Assembly (NCBI GenBank): GCA_035291665.1
Contig: DATDRP010000006.1
Coordinates: forward strand, 9,786 to 73,785
Origin: Patescibacteria group bacterium
GTDB taxonomy: Bacteria > Patescibacteriota > Microgenomatia > UBA8517
Length of the DNA: 64,000 nucleotides
Reading direction: 5' to 3'
In this document: positions 48,113 to 57,471 of the stretch, piece after piece
Layout of the letters: each line of letters opens with the position of its first letter
Numbering within the stretch: position 1 is the stretch's first letter
Made by a program: the position numbers and the translations under genes
Notes under the pieces: generated by a model
Seen by the model: the letters and a program-made list of their open reading frames with translations, nothing else
Told to the model about the DNA's origin: nothing
The model's database searches: none

Positions 48113-49159
48113 TTAAAATTTAGATTTAGAGAAGCTGAGTTTTGTTATTCCGCGAAGGATTATCCAACGGAGCTTTTCGGCAGAACGGTAAATTTTATAG
48201 ATTGGTTTATTTACAACAAAATCCCAAGTCCCTAAAAATTCTATAACTTGGGGATTATAGCCTTCTTTGAATTTTGTGAAACCCTTGCCCTCTTCCCTTC
48301 CCCATAGGTCAAAGATATTCAGTTTTAGATTTCGTCCCAAGCGGATTGCCTCCCACATTATCAGGTTATTTGCCATAAGAGATTTGAATTTGGGATTGGA
48401 AGTACTTGCACCGTATGGGTAATAAAGGAAATCTTTGTAAACAAACAGTATCCATGTGGTGATTATTTCACCTTTATATACGGCTTTTATGAGCCTTGCT
48501 ATCGGCTTTTCTCTTTTTTCTATTTTCTTTTCTCTAAGTTCTTTCCACATCAAACGGTGGTATTTTTCAGTGTGGGCAAAAAAACCCTGACGTTCAACGG
48601 TTTCCCGGGTTAATTCAAGATATTTTTCAAATGCTTCATCGGAGTTATCCTCGGAAACTTTAACTCCTTTTTTCTGTGCAAGCCGGATATTATATCTGGT
48701 TTTACCGGAGAAACTTTTTAGAAGTTCCTCTTCCGATTTGGCTAAATCAATCCAAAAAGTGGTGGGTGTAAAAAGTGTCTTTCCCCGTACACATCCGTTT
48801 TTCTCCAGGAGTTTGATTAATTTACTTTTTTGCTTACTGCTTACAGCATACTGCATACCGCTGTCGCTGAAAGCGATATTAGGTTCGAGTTTGATAAAAA
48901 TAAGATTATATATTGTGGCAATTTTCTTAAGTTCATCGAGCATTTCTTGGCTGGGCACTGGTCCTTTGATGAACATTCCGATTTTATTTGGAAATGGCCA
49001 CCGGCTCGCCAGAGCCTTTGGCTCGGGGAGAATTTTATGAAGGGTGAGATAGCCGAATTTGGTTTTTACAACTTCATTACCCCATGCTTTTCTAAAACTT
49101 GCCCATTCTGGTGATTGAAGAGGATGGGGAATGCCCAAAGCTTTTTTAGGTGTATTCAT
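48113..49159 (-). CDS. FemABX-family peptidoglycan peptidyl transferase (FemX-like)
   Basis: HPLQSPEWASF, KTRYNIRLAQKKGV, YYPYGAS, GFTKFKEGY. Confidence 0.9.
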   Translation of the reverse strand: MNTPKKALGIPHPLQSPEWASFRKAWGNEVVKTKFGYLTLHKILPEPKALASRWPFPNKIGMFIKGPVPSQEMLDELKKIATIYNLIFIKLEPNIAFSDSGMQYAVSSKQKSKLIKLLEKNGCVRGKTLFTPTTFWIDLAKSEEELLKSFSGKTRYNIRLAQKKGVKVSEDNSDEAFEKYLELTRETVERQGFFAHTEKYHRLMWKELREKKIEKREKPIARLIKAVYKGEIITTWILFVYKDFLYYPYGASTSNPKFKSLMANNLIMWEAIRLGRNLKLNIFDLWGREEGKGFTKFKEGYNPQVIEFLGTWDFVVNKPIYKIYRSAEKLRWIILRGITKLSFSKSKF

Positions 49160-49186
49160 GAATATATAATACAACAACAGAGGCTG

Positions 49187-51157
49187 TCAGAAGTTCAGAT
49201 CATTAAAACCGTCGTCATCCAGAATGTTTTTATCCAAAAAATCCTCATCCTCATTGTCACCATCAGAATAAGAATTCAAATATCCATTAATTGATTCCAG
49301 CAGTTCCTCCGGGATATCGATGATAAATCGGCTTGGAGGATTTGATGATTTTTGTCCGAAATACAGCCTTTTTCCGGCGTAGGTCAGATACAAAAGCTCT
49401 TTTGCCCGGGTGATTCCGACGTAGCAAAGCCTTCGTTCTTCTTCAAGCTGGGTGATGTCGAACAAAGACCGGGAATGGGGAAAAAGTCCTTCTTCCATTC
49501 CGATGATAAACACGATCTTAAATTCCAATCCCTTAGCAGCATGAAGAGTCATTAGGGTTACTTTATTATTGGGCGGTGGGTTGTTTAAGGATTGTGGCTT
49601 ACCGTTTTCATCCTGCTTGCCCCCCTTGATATTATCGAAGGTGGGTCCGGCTTCAACTAAGGCAACATTTTCCAAAAATTCATTTATTTCCGGAAACTCC
49701 ATAGCAACAGAACGAAGTTCCTTGATGTTCTCCAGCCGGGCAAGATTCTCTTCCGTCTCGTTTTCGTATTTTTGCAAGTAATTCACTTTTTGCAAAACCG
49801 AGTCCATCATCTCGAGAGTCGTTGTTGAGTCAAGAAAATTCTTAGGAAGACTTTCCGAAAATTCCTTAAACTTTTCCAGTCTTCGGATTCCGAGTTTGAG
49901 GAGTCTGTTTTTTGAAACTTTGTCTTTCGGATTAACAAGTAGCCTAAGATATGCAAGGACGTCCTTAATTTCAGCTCTGGAGTAAAATCTTACCCCCCCC
50001 ACCAAAACGTACGGAATTCCGGCGTGAAGGAGTGCTTCTTCTACAACACGGGATTGAGCGTTAGTGCGGTATAAGACAGCCACATCGCTGTAGTCAACAG
50101 TATTTTGACTACGATCTACGGCAGTAGTCTGTAGACTGTTAGCTGTAAGCTGTTCTATTTGTTCAACTACATAATTTGCCTCATCGAGTTCACTTGATGC
50201 CCTGTAAATCCGGATCTTGTTGCCATAACCTTTGTCAGTCCAAAGTGATAGTACCGGGTGCGAAGTGTTTTTTTTGATGACGGCATTCGCAGCGTCAAGT
50301 ATAGTTTGGGTTGAACGGTAGTTTTGTTCAAGATTAATAACTTTGATTTTGGGGAAATCCTTCATCAGGTAATTAATATTCCGGTAATCAGCACCTCTCC
50401 AGCTATAAATTGATTGTGACGCGTCGCCAACAGCGGTCAGATTATCCCTTCCTCCAACAAGAAGCTTGGTCAAGAGGTATTGAATTTTGTTTGTATCCTG
50501 CCACTCATCAACAAAAATATAGGAAAGAATATTCTGCCATTTACGAAGAGTTGGCTCGTCCGATTCCAAAAGTCTTACTCCCTTTAGAAGAAGATCGTCA
50601 AAATCCAGAGCATTGGCATCATTGAGGGCTTTTTCGTATTCCAAATAAATTTTGAAAATCTTATCTGCATGCTCTCCTTTGGCAACTTCTGAATACTGGA
50701 GGGGGCTCATCATCATGGTTTTAGCATCCGATATTTGTGATGCAATTGCTCCGGGGGAAAAATATTCCTTGGGAAGGTTCAGTTCATCAAGGATGTCTTT
50801 TATAACATCTTTTTGGTCCGTGTCGTCGTAGATTAAGAAATCTCTCCCGATTCCGATTTTTGCTCCGTCAATTCGAAGGAGCCTTGCACAGAAAGAGTGG
50901 AAAGTACCGGCAAATGTCGGGCTTTCGGATATCAGTTTCGTGACGCGCTCTTTCATTTCACCTGCAGCTTTGTTTGTGAATGTCAGAAGAAGTACGTTTT
51001 CCGGGCGGGCTTTCTTTTGAGCTATTGTATAGGCAACTTTGTGGGTGAGAACTTTTGTTTTTCCCGATCCGGCTCCAGCCAGTACCAGAAGAGAACCACC
51101 CTCATATGTGACTGCTTCTTTTTGGTCTTTGTTCAGATCTTTTAGAATGTCCGTCAT
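49187..51157 (-). CDS. pcrA: ATP-dependent DNA helicase PcrA/UvrD
   Basis: AGAGSGKT, VDEWQD, LEQNYRSTQ, YRTNAQSR, TLHAAKGLEF, EEERRLCYVGITRA. Confidence 0.95.
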   Translation of the reverse strand: MTDILKDLNKDQKEAVTYEGGSLLVLAGAGSGKTKVLTHKVAYTIAQKKARPENVLLLTFTNKAAGEMKERVTKLISESPTFAGTFHSFCARLLRIDGAKIGIGRDFLIYDDTDQKDVIKDILDELNLPKEYFSPGAIASQISDAKTMMMSPLQYSEVAKGEHADKIFKIYLEYEKALNDANALDFDDLLLKGVRLLESDEPTLRKWQNILSYIFVDEWQDTNKIQYLLTKLLVGGRDNLTAVGDASQSIYSWRGADYRNINYLMKDFPKIKVINLEQNYRSTQTILDAANAVIKKNTSHPVLSLWTDKGYGNKIRIYRASSELDEANYVVEQIEQLTANSLQTTAVDRSQNTVDYSDVAVLYRTNAQSRVVEEALLHAGIPYVLVGGVRFYSRAEIKDVLAYLRLLVNPKDKVSKNRLLKLGIRRLEKFKEFSESLPKNFLDSTTTLEMMDSVLQKVNYLQKYENETEENLARLENIKELRSVAMEFPEINEFLENVALVEAGPTFDNIKGGKQDENGKPQSLNNPPPNNKVTLMTLHAAKGLEFKIVFIIGMEEGLFPHSRSLFDITQLEEERRLCYVGITRAKELLYLTYAGKRLYFGQKSSNPPSRFIIDIPEELLESINGYLNSYSDGDNEDEDFLDKNILDDDGFNDLNF

Positions 51158-51286
51158 AATTGATCGTGAAATATGCGTACGAAAATCATTTTAGGACAAT
51201 AGGCAATCAATTACTAGCGAAGTAAAATTGGGGATAAAGTCAGGATGAAAATTCGTAATTATAACCAAAACGGCAGGAATGAAGAG

Positions 51287-53314
51287 TTAGCGTACTTTGT
51301 ACACCTTCGTTTGGTTTGATTCAAATTCCAAAGTTGCAATCGGCAGGAACTTTTGTTCATCCAGATTCGGGAATTTTTCTCTTTCGAAAGATCCAACAAT
51401 AACATACCCGACCTTATATTTTTTCAGAAGTGCTTGGGCAATCTTCGGATCATTTGTTGTATAGATGAGAGTGATATCTCCGACTCTTTTTTGAGGGAAC
51501 TCGGAAGACCCCCGCCATAGCCATTCGTGGACAAACCATCCGGAAATTGTCGGATTTCCAGTATATGAAGAAATAACATTATAGTCCGTATAGCTGTCGC
51601 CCGGCGCTTCCAGGATATTTGCTTTGATATTATTATTTTTGAAATAATTTACGGCGTCATATACCCCGGGAAATTGATTTTTCAGCCAAAGGGTTCCGTC
51701 CAATCCCTGGTAGAATTTCAGACCGTTATAGTATGACTTTATTGCGACTTGTGCGTATGAAACGATTGAATAAAGAACGATAACCCAAAAGATTAGAAAA
51801 AACTTTTTTATGTATGATTCTTTCGCCAAAGATAGTTGTCTGGCAATAATAAATCCTGCTGATAGGTAAAACATAACATACGCCTGATAAGTAAGCTTAA
51901 ACATCGTATTGGCACGGTAATGGGTGGCGGCGTAAATATCTTTTAGATAAATTATTTCCGGAAGGGCAATCAGAGTCCACGATGAGAGCAGCAAACCCAA
52001 AATAAATATATCTGTTACGGTTACTTTTTCCCGCAGCTTCAAAATAACAGTTACGAAAATTGTTGTGAGAATTGCAGGAAAACCCCAAAGAATGATTAAT
52101 TGCCAGAAGGGAGTATGGGAATGGACAAGATTAATCCCCTGAGCAATCGATTCAAAATTAATGATAAAAAGGAGTGCGCTGAAAAATAGTATTGAACCGA
52201 TAATTACAAAATCCCTTATTATAAAAAATACAGCTTTAAGTTTAAATTTATTTTTAATGAAATGGATCAGCATCAGGACAAATCCTGTTGTTAACAAATA
52301 GTTACCCACATCCCAAGTACTGGTCATAAACATTATCCCGAGTAAGAATCCCAGACAGGCAAGTTTTTTGAAGTGATTCTTCCTGTTAAGGATTTGATCT
52401 GCAACCAAAAACAAAATTGATAGATACAAAAGTACGTTAGGTAAGTTCATTAAATGTCCGTGAAGGTCTGAAACGACAAATGAATAAATAGGAAACTCAT
52501 GGATTGTTTTATCGTTGGTGTCGGGATTATACCCTATGAATCGCGTTGCATCCGGGTACCAATATTTATCAGCACCGTTTTTCAAAACATAAAAAGGTGT
52601 ATGGAAATTTCCGGCAAAAGTCACAAGAATGGCAGACAGCAGTCCTGCAACAATAAACGTTCGTGTTCTTCCGGCGGGTAGAGAAAATTTAGTAATTGTT
52701 GAAACGAGTGAGAAAACTCCCGAAAGGGAAAGACCCATGATGGTTGCAAGCATCAGGTTGTATGTAATGGCCGAAGGGATTTGCGTAAGCATGGTAAGAA
52801 GTGCAGTGGTGAAATGTCCGAACCAGTAATAATTAATAACCTCTCCGACTGCCCACATATCCGTAGGTGGAAGGAATTTTGTCGTTAACGCAGAGTTAAC
52901 AAATCCGAAATCCATGAACTTTTCCAAACCTCTTATATCCGGTTGATGGGCGCGGACGTATGCCAAAAAAAACAATCCGGCAGTAAAAAGCGCTTCACTA
53001 ATTAACACATATTTTGAGGATTTTCGAACTGTTTTAATTAATTGTTTTTGGTCCTTGGTAAGTATGTAAAGATTTAAAGCTATTGCAACAACCAAAAAAC
53101 CCAAAAGTGAAACTCTTGAAAAACTTAAGACCTTCAATGTCGAAGTTACAAATGTCAGATATGAAAGAAAAAGTATAGAAACCGTTCTTGAAAAAGCCCA
53201 TCCGTAATCCGTAAATTTCTTAAATATCCGGTATGTCAGAGGAAAAAAAATAAGACCAATAATAAGGGTGTATAACCACCAATTAAATGTAATAATAAGG
53301 TCTTGTATGTACAT
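51287..53314 (-). CDS. YYY/DUF2298 family membrane protein (putative GT-C)
   Basis: EKFMDFGF, INYYWFG, IHEFPIYSF...DLHGH, RANTMFKL. Confidence 0.85.
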   Translation of the reverse strand: MYIQDLIITFNWWLYTLIIGLIFFPLTYRIFKKFTDYGWAFSRTVSILFLSYLTFVTSTLKVLSFSRVSLLGFLVVAIALNLYILTKDQKQLIKTVRKSSKYVLISEALFTAGLFFLAYVRAHQPDIRGLEKFMDFGFVNSALTTKFLPPTDMWAVGEVINYYWFGHFTTALLTMLTQIPSAITYNLMLATIMGLSLSGVFSLVSTITKFSLPAGRTRTFIVAGLLSAILVTFAGNFHTPFYVLKNGADKYWYPDATRFIGYNPDTNDKTIHEFPIYSFVVSDLHGHLMNLPNVLLYLSILFLVADQILNRKNHFKKLACLGFLLGIMFMTSTWDVGNYLLTTGFVLMLIHFIKNKFKLKAVFFIIRDFVIIGSILFFSALLFIINFESIAQGINLVHSHTPFWQLIILWGFPAILTTIFVTVILKLREKVTVTDIFILGLLLSSWTLIALPEIIYLKDIYAATHYRANTMFKLTYQAYVMFYLSAGFIIARQLSLAKESYIKKFFLIFWVIVLYSIVSYAQVAIKSYYNGLKFYQGLDGTLWLKNQFPGVYDAVNYFKNNNIKANILEAPGDSYTDYNVISSYTGNPTISGWFVHEWLWRGSSEFPQKRVGDITLIYTTNDPKIAQALLKKYKVGYVIVGSFEREKFPNLDEQKFLPIATLEFESNQTKVYKVR

Positions 53315-53373
53315 AAACGATACTTGTCTTTAAAATTATTCAATTTGTCAAGAGATTTTACAAGTATATAACT

Positions 53374-53889
53374 ATGAAGGCAGAAAAAATCAAAATTGGA
53401 TTTGACCTTGACGGTGTGATCATAGGGAAGCCGTTTTTCATTCCCGTCGAGCTGATGGAGGTCTTAGTCAGAGATAAAAAAAAGCGGGGACTTTCATACC
53501 GCTTTCCTGAATCACGACTGGAAATTGCAATAAGAATTCTTAGTCACGATCCCTTTTTCCGCCCCCCAATACAAAAGAATATTAAGCTGATTAAAGAACT
53601 CTATAAATCAAAAAACTATGAAATATTTGTTGTTTCAAGCAGGTATTCGTTTCTATTAAACCGCACAAAGCAGTGGTTCCGATACTATAAACTGCATAAA
53701 TTTTTCAAAGAAATCCATATTAATTTAGAGAATCAGCAGCCGCATATTTTCAAAGAAAAGATGATTAATAATCTTAAACTCAATGTCTTTATAGATGACG
53801 ACAAAATGCTTCTGGAGTATTTAAAAAAGCGTCTTCACGGTGTTGACCTTTTATATGTATCTGACAACAATTTCCAAGTTAGAAGATGA
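53374..53889 (+). CDS. HAD-superfamily protein (NT5C-like)
   Basis: IGFDLDGVI, VSSR, FIDDD. Confidence 0.75.
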   Translation: MKAEKIKIGFDLDGVIIGKPFFIPVELMEVLVRDKKKRGLSYRFPESRLEIAIRILSHDPFFRPPIQKNIKLIKELYKSKNYEIFVVSSRYSFLLNRTKQWFRYYKLHKFFKEIHINLENQQPHIFKEKMINNLKLNVFIDDDKMLLEYLKKRLHGVDLLYVSDNNFQVRR

Positions 53890-55013
53890 GAATACTAATT
53901 GCAGTTACGTATTATAAACCGCATTGGACAGGCCTAACCCGATACGCGACCAACCTCTCGGAAAGTCTTGCAAAGAAAGGACATTTGGTAAGGGTAGTTT
54001 CAAATAAATTTTCGCAGCATCTCAGAAGTACTGAATCTATCAATCAGGTCAAAGTCTATCGGACGCCTTTTAATTTACGGGTTAGTCGAACACAAATTTC
54101 ACCCTTGTTTATTTTTTACTATCTGAAACTTCTTCTTAAGACCAATAAGGTAATAATATTTCTACCGCTTACTGAGACTTTGTTCTTAACGCTTTTGTCA
54201 AAGCTTTTGAATAAAAAGACCTATCTTGTCCACAACGGTGACTTAGTGCTTCCGAATGGAGTTATTAATTCAATTATTGAAAGGATTTATTATTTAACAA
54301 CCAATTTGTCGATTACTCTGGCCGATGGAATTGTTGTCCATACAAAAGATTATTCGCAACACTCCTTGCTTTTATCAAGGCATAGAAAGAAGTGGATTGT
54401 TATTCCAAATCCCTGCAAAATAGATAAACCGCGGAAGAAATTGATACAGAGTCTGGTTAAAAAATATAAATTATCAGGAAAAATCCTAATCGGATTTGCC
54501 GGAAGATTTGTTGAAGAAAAAGGAGTGGTACACCTACTTAAAGCCATACCGTTTGTAAAAAAGGTGCTTCCTAATGCAGTTTTTGTTTTTGCGGGTCAGA
54601 AAAAAGTTGTATATGAAAACTATTGGAAAAGTATTTCTCCATTATTTGAGAAGTACAAAGAGGATATTAAATTTATCGGGTTAATTCAAAACAGGAAAAT
54701 CATGGCGGCTTTTTATGCAATGCTTGACGTTTTTGTGCTTCCGTCGGTTACCGATTGTTTCCCAAATACTCTGATAGAATCCATGTTATGCGGTACGCCG
54801 GTTGTTTGTTCGGATATTCCGGGAGCAAGACAGATTGTTAAAATGTCCGGAATGGGTGAGCTAGCAAAAGTAAAAGCACCCCTCTTACTTGCTGAGAAAA
54901 TTATTAAAGTAGTGAAATTCAAAAGAGAGTATTTCAAAGCCCGGGAAATTATTGAGCATATATTTAACTTTGACAAAGCAATAAATGAATACCAAAAAAT
55001 TATTAATCGCTAA
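53886..55013 (+). CDS. Glycosyltransferase family 4
   Basis: FAGRFVEEKG, DVFVLPS...ESMLCGTPVVCSDIPG. Confidence 0.92.
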   Translation: MRILIAVTYYKPHWTGLTRYATNLSESLAKKGHLVRVVSNKFSQHLRSTESINQVKVYRTPFNLRVSRTQISPLFIFYYLKLLLKTNKVIIFLPLTETLFLTLLSKLLNKKTYLVHNGDLVLPNGVINSIIERIYYLTTNLSITLADGIVVHTKDYSQHSLLLSRHRKKWIVIPNPCKIDKPRKKLIQSLVKKYKLSGKILIGFAGRFVEEKGVVHLLKAIPFVKKVLPNAVFVFAGQKKVVYENYWKSISPLFEKYKEDIKFIGLIQNRKIMAAFYAMLDVFVLPSVTDCFPNTLIESMLCGTPVVCSDIPGARQIVKMSGMGELAKVKAPLLLAEKIIKVVKFKREYFKAREIIEHIFNFDKAINEYQKIINR

Positions 55014-55824
55014 AAACATTTTAGATACCGAATTAGATCCGGCTTTCAAAAGAAGAGCTTGGTTTATTCTGAACAACCTTAACCTGAAGGGGAAAGAGAA
55101 GATTCTTGATTTGGGTTGCGGACGCGGTTTCTATTTAAATTTACTGGCTGCACTTTATGAGAATGCCCAATTAACCGGTTGTGATAAGAATTCCAGGTAT
55201 CTGAAGCAGGCTAAAGTTTTATTGAGCGGGAAGCAGAATGTCAAGTTACAAGAAGCGGATGCAGCCAAATTACCATTTCCCAAAAATACTTTTGACCGGG
55301 TAATTGCAAGTGAAATTTTGGAACATGTAATGAATGACGACTTAGTAATTAAAGAAATCTACAGGATATTAAAACCCAATGGCACCCTTTTAATAACAGT
55401 TCCCAATAAAGATTACCCTTTCTTGTGGGATCCCTTAAATTGGATATTGGAAAAAACACTGAATTTGCATATACCTTCCGATATTTGGTGGCTTGCAGGT
55501 ATTTGGGCTGATCACAGGCGGCTTTATTCCAAAAAAGAACTTATTTCAAAACTGGAATTTAATAAATTTAAAATTACAAAGTCGGAATATGCCACCCATT
55601 ACAGTTTTCCGTATATACAATTTTTCTTGTACGCAATTGGAAAAAATCTCGTAGAAATGGGTTATTTTACAAACTTCTCCCGTTTTGGAAAGAAAAAAAA
55701 CAAAAATCTGCTTGTGGGAATAGTAAAAAATATTATATATTTCTTTGACGATTTCAATGAAGGCGGGGATAAAAGTATGAGATCCGTAAACATCCTATTC
55801 AGCGCCAAAAAAGAAGCGCTCTGA
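54985..55824 (+). CDS. Class I SAM-dependent methyltransferase
   Basis: ILDLGCGRG, LPFPKNTFDRVIASEILEHV. Confidence 0.9.
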   Translation: MNTKKLLIAKNILDTELDPAFKRRAWFILNNLNLKGKEKILDLGCGRGFYLNLLAALYENAQLTGCDKNSRYLKQAKVLLSGKQNVKLQEADAAKLPFPKNTFDRVIASEILEHVMNDDLVIKEIYRILKPNGTLLITVPNKDYPFLWDPLNWILEKTLNLHIPSDIWWLAGIWADHRRLYSKKELISKLEFNKFKITKSEYATHYSFPYIQFFLYAIGKNLVEMGYFTNFSRFGKKKNKNLLVGIVKNIIYFFDDFNEGGDKSMRSVNILFSAKKEAL

Positions 55825-55827
55825 ATA

Positions 55828-57471
55828 TCAGTACTCCGAAGTCGGAATGTCCTTTTTGGCAACCAGATAGTACGCGATATCCATTCTGTTCGGATAGTAA
55901 ATTATTTTTTTAACTTCAAAATTTACCGGATATGTTTCTCCCGGAGTAACTGCAAATAAGGTATTATCTCCGAAAATAAATGTCTGAGAACTGTTAACAA
56001 AGATTGTTTTTGTCGTAGGCGGGTACTTAAAGAAACGAATATACAGATCGGGTAAATACGCAATGTAAGGGGTTACGCCAAGATGGCTATACTTACCGGG
56101 TTCGGATACAAAGTAATTATAAATTTGGCGGAATCCATATTGCCATCCGGAGTAACCGGCTGCGTTGGTATTATATTCATAAGCGAATGATATTTTGATT
56201 TCCTTAAAAGAAAAGCATGCAATGTAAACCAAGATCATTACTGGAATCAGCATCCGAATAGCAATTGTTGAATTGACAGCGTGTTTCAAAATTGAATTGA
56301 TTCCGTATATTATGATGATAAAAATTATCGGGAGAAGTACAACTGATCTGATACTGTCAAATCCCCTGATTGTCAAAGATGCCGGTATAATTCCGACAAC
56401 AAATGAAAAGATTAAAAGAAAATAAAAAGCTCTATTTTTACCCTTATTAGTGACAACCCCTTTAAGAATTGAGAGAATTCCCAGAATAATGAACGGAATG
56501 GTGTAACGCGGCAACAGTGATGTTCCCCAGATGCTATGTCTATAAACCGGAAAGTCAGGTGGTAAATAATTGTTGACAAAATAATTTCTAATCGAAAAGT
56601 GGCTGGCGATATTTTTTATAAAACAGTAGGTTATGCTTTTACATTGTGTCAGTTCGTCTGCCCGGTATAAAAAACTTCCCTCAATGAAGAGTTTTATCGA
56701 AGGCAGAAGGGTGAAGATCGCGAGAACGCTGAAAATAAGAAAATATTTAGGCAGCAAGGTTTTTAAACTACGATACTTTATAAGCGAATAAAAAAGAAAA
56801 TATATTAAGAACGCAAGCGCGAAAAGTCTTCCCGGTACATAAGCCCAATATAAAAAACTGAGTATCAGAGAAAAAACAAAACACTTGAGGTTCGACGGTT
56901 CCTTGGGATCTGAGAAAATCCTATTTATGTAAAAAACACTCAATAAAAAAATAAAGCAGACGAGGATTGTATCCATCGCAAATCTTGATACCAAAAACGC
57001 CCAAGAAGTTGACGGCCATATGAGAATACCCAAAAAAATACTATTTAATAAAACTCGTTTTTTCAGAAGTTTATATAAAAGGATGACTATTAAAAGTGAA
57101 ATACAAACACTCGCAAGTCTGACGGAAAATTCGTTTAATCCGAATATAGTCACGAAAGGTATCAGAAGATAAGTGTATATTGAATGGTTGCGCATGGTTT
57201 CTCCCGGGTTTTGAAAAGTAAAAGGTAAAAATTCATGATTTGATGAAAATCCTTTTGTCGTAATTATTGAATAAGCTTCATATCCATATATAGACTCATC
57301 GATGAAAAATCCCGGTGGGTTTTTGTCCAACCGGTAGGTCAGTATCAGGAAAAGGTAAAAGAAAATAAATCCGAGAATTATTTTGTTTGGGTGTTTGAAA
57401 AATTCAGTGAGCTTTATTTGCAGGGCGATATTATATTTCCGATGTATTGAGTCTGAAAAAAATTTTCTCAT
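55828..57471 (-). CDS. GT-C membrane glycosyltransferase (ArnT/GT39-like)
   Basis: PPGFFIDESIYGYEAYSI, FGLNEFSVRL. Confidence 0.82.
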   Translation of the reverse strand: MRKFFSDSIHRKYNIALQIKLTEFFKHPNKIILGFIFFYLFLILTYRLDKNPPGFFIDESIYGYEAYSIITTKGFSSNHEFLPFTFQNPGETMRNHSIYTYLLIPFVTIFGLNEFSVRLASVCISLLIVILLYKLLKKRVLLNSIFLGILIWPSTSWAFLVSRFAMDTILVCFIFLLSVFYINRIFSDPKEPSNLKCFVFSLILSFLYWAYVPGRLFALAFLIYFLFYSLIKYRSLKTLLPKYFLIFSVLAIFTLLPSIKLFIEGSFLYRADELTQCKSITYCFIKNIASHFSIRNYFVNNYLPPDFPVYRHSIWGTSLLPRYTIPFIILGILSILKGVVTNKGKNRAFYFLLIFSFVVGIIPASLTIRGFDSIRSVVLLPIIFIIIIYGINSILKHAVNSTIAIRMLIPVMILVYIACFSFKEIKISFAYEYNTNAAGYSGWQYGFRQIYNYFVSEPGKYSHLGVTPYIAYLPDLYIRFFKYPPTTKTIFVNSSQTFIFGDNTLFAVTPGETYPVNFEVKKIIYYPNRMDIAYYLVAKKDIPTSEY

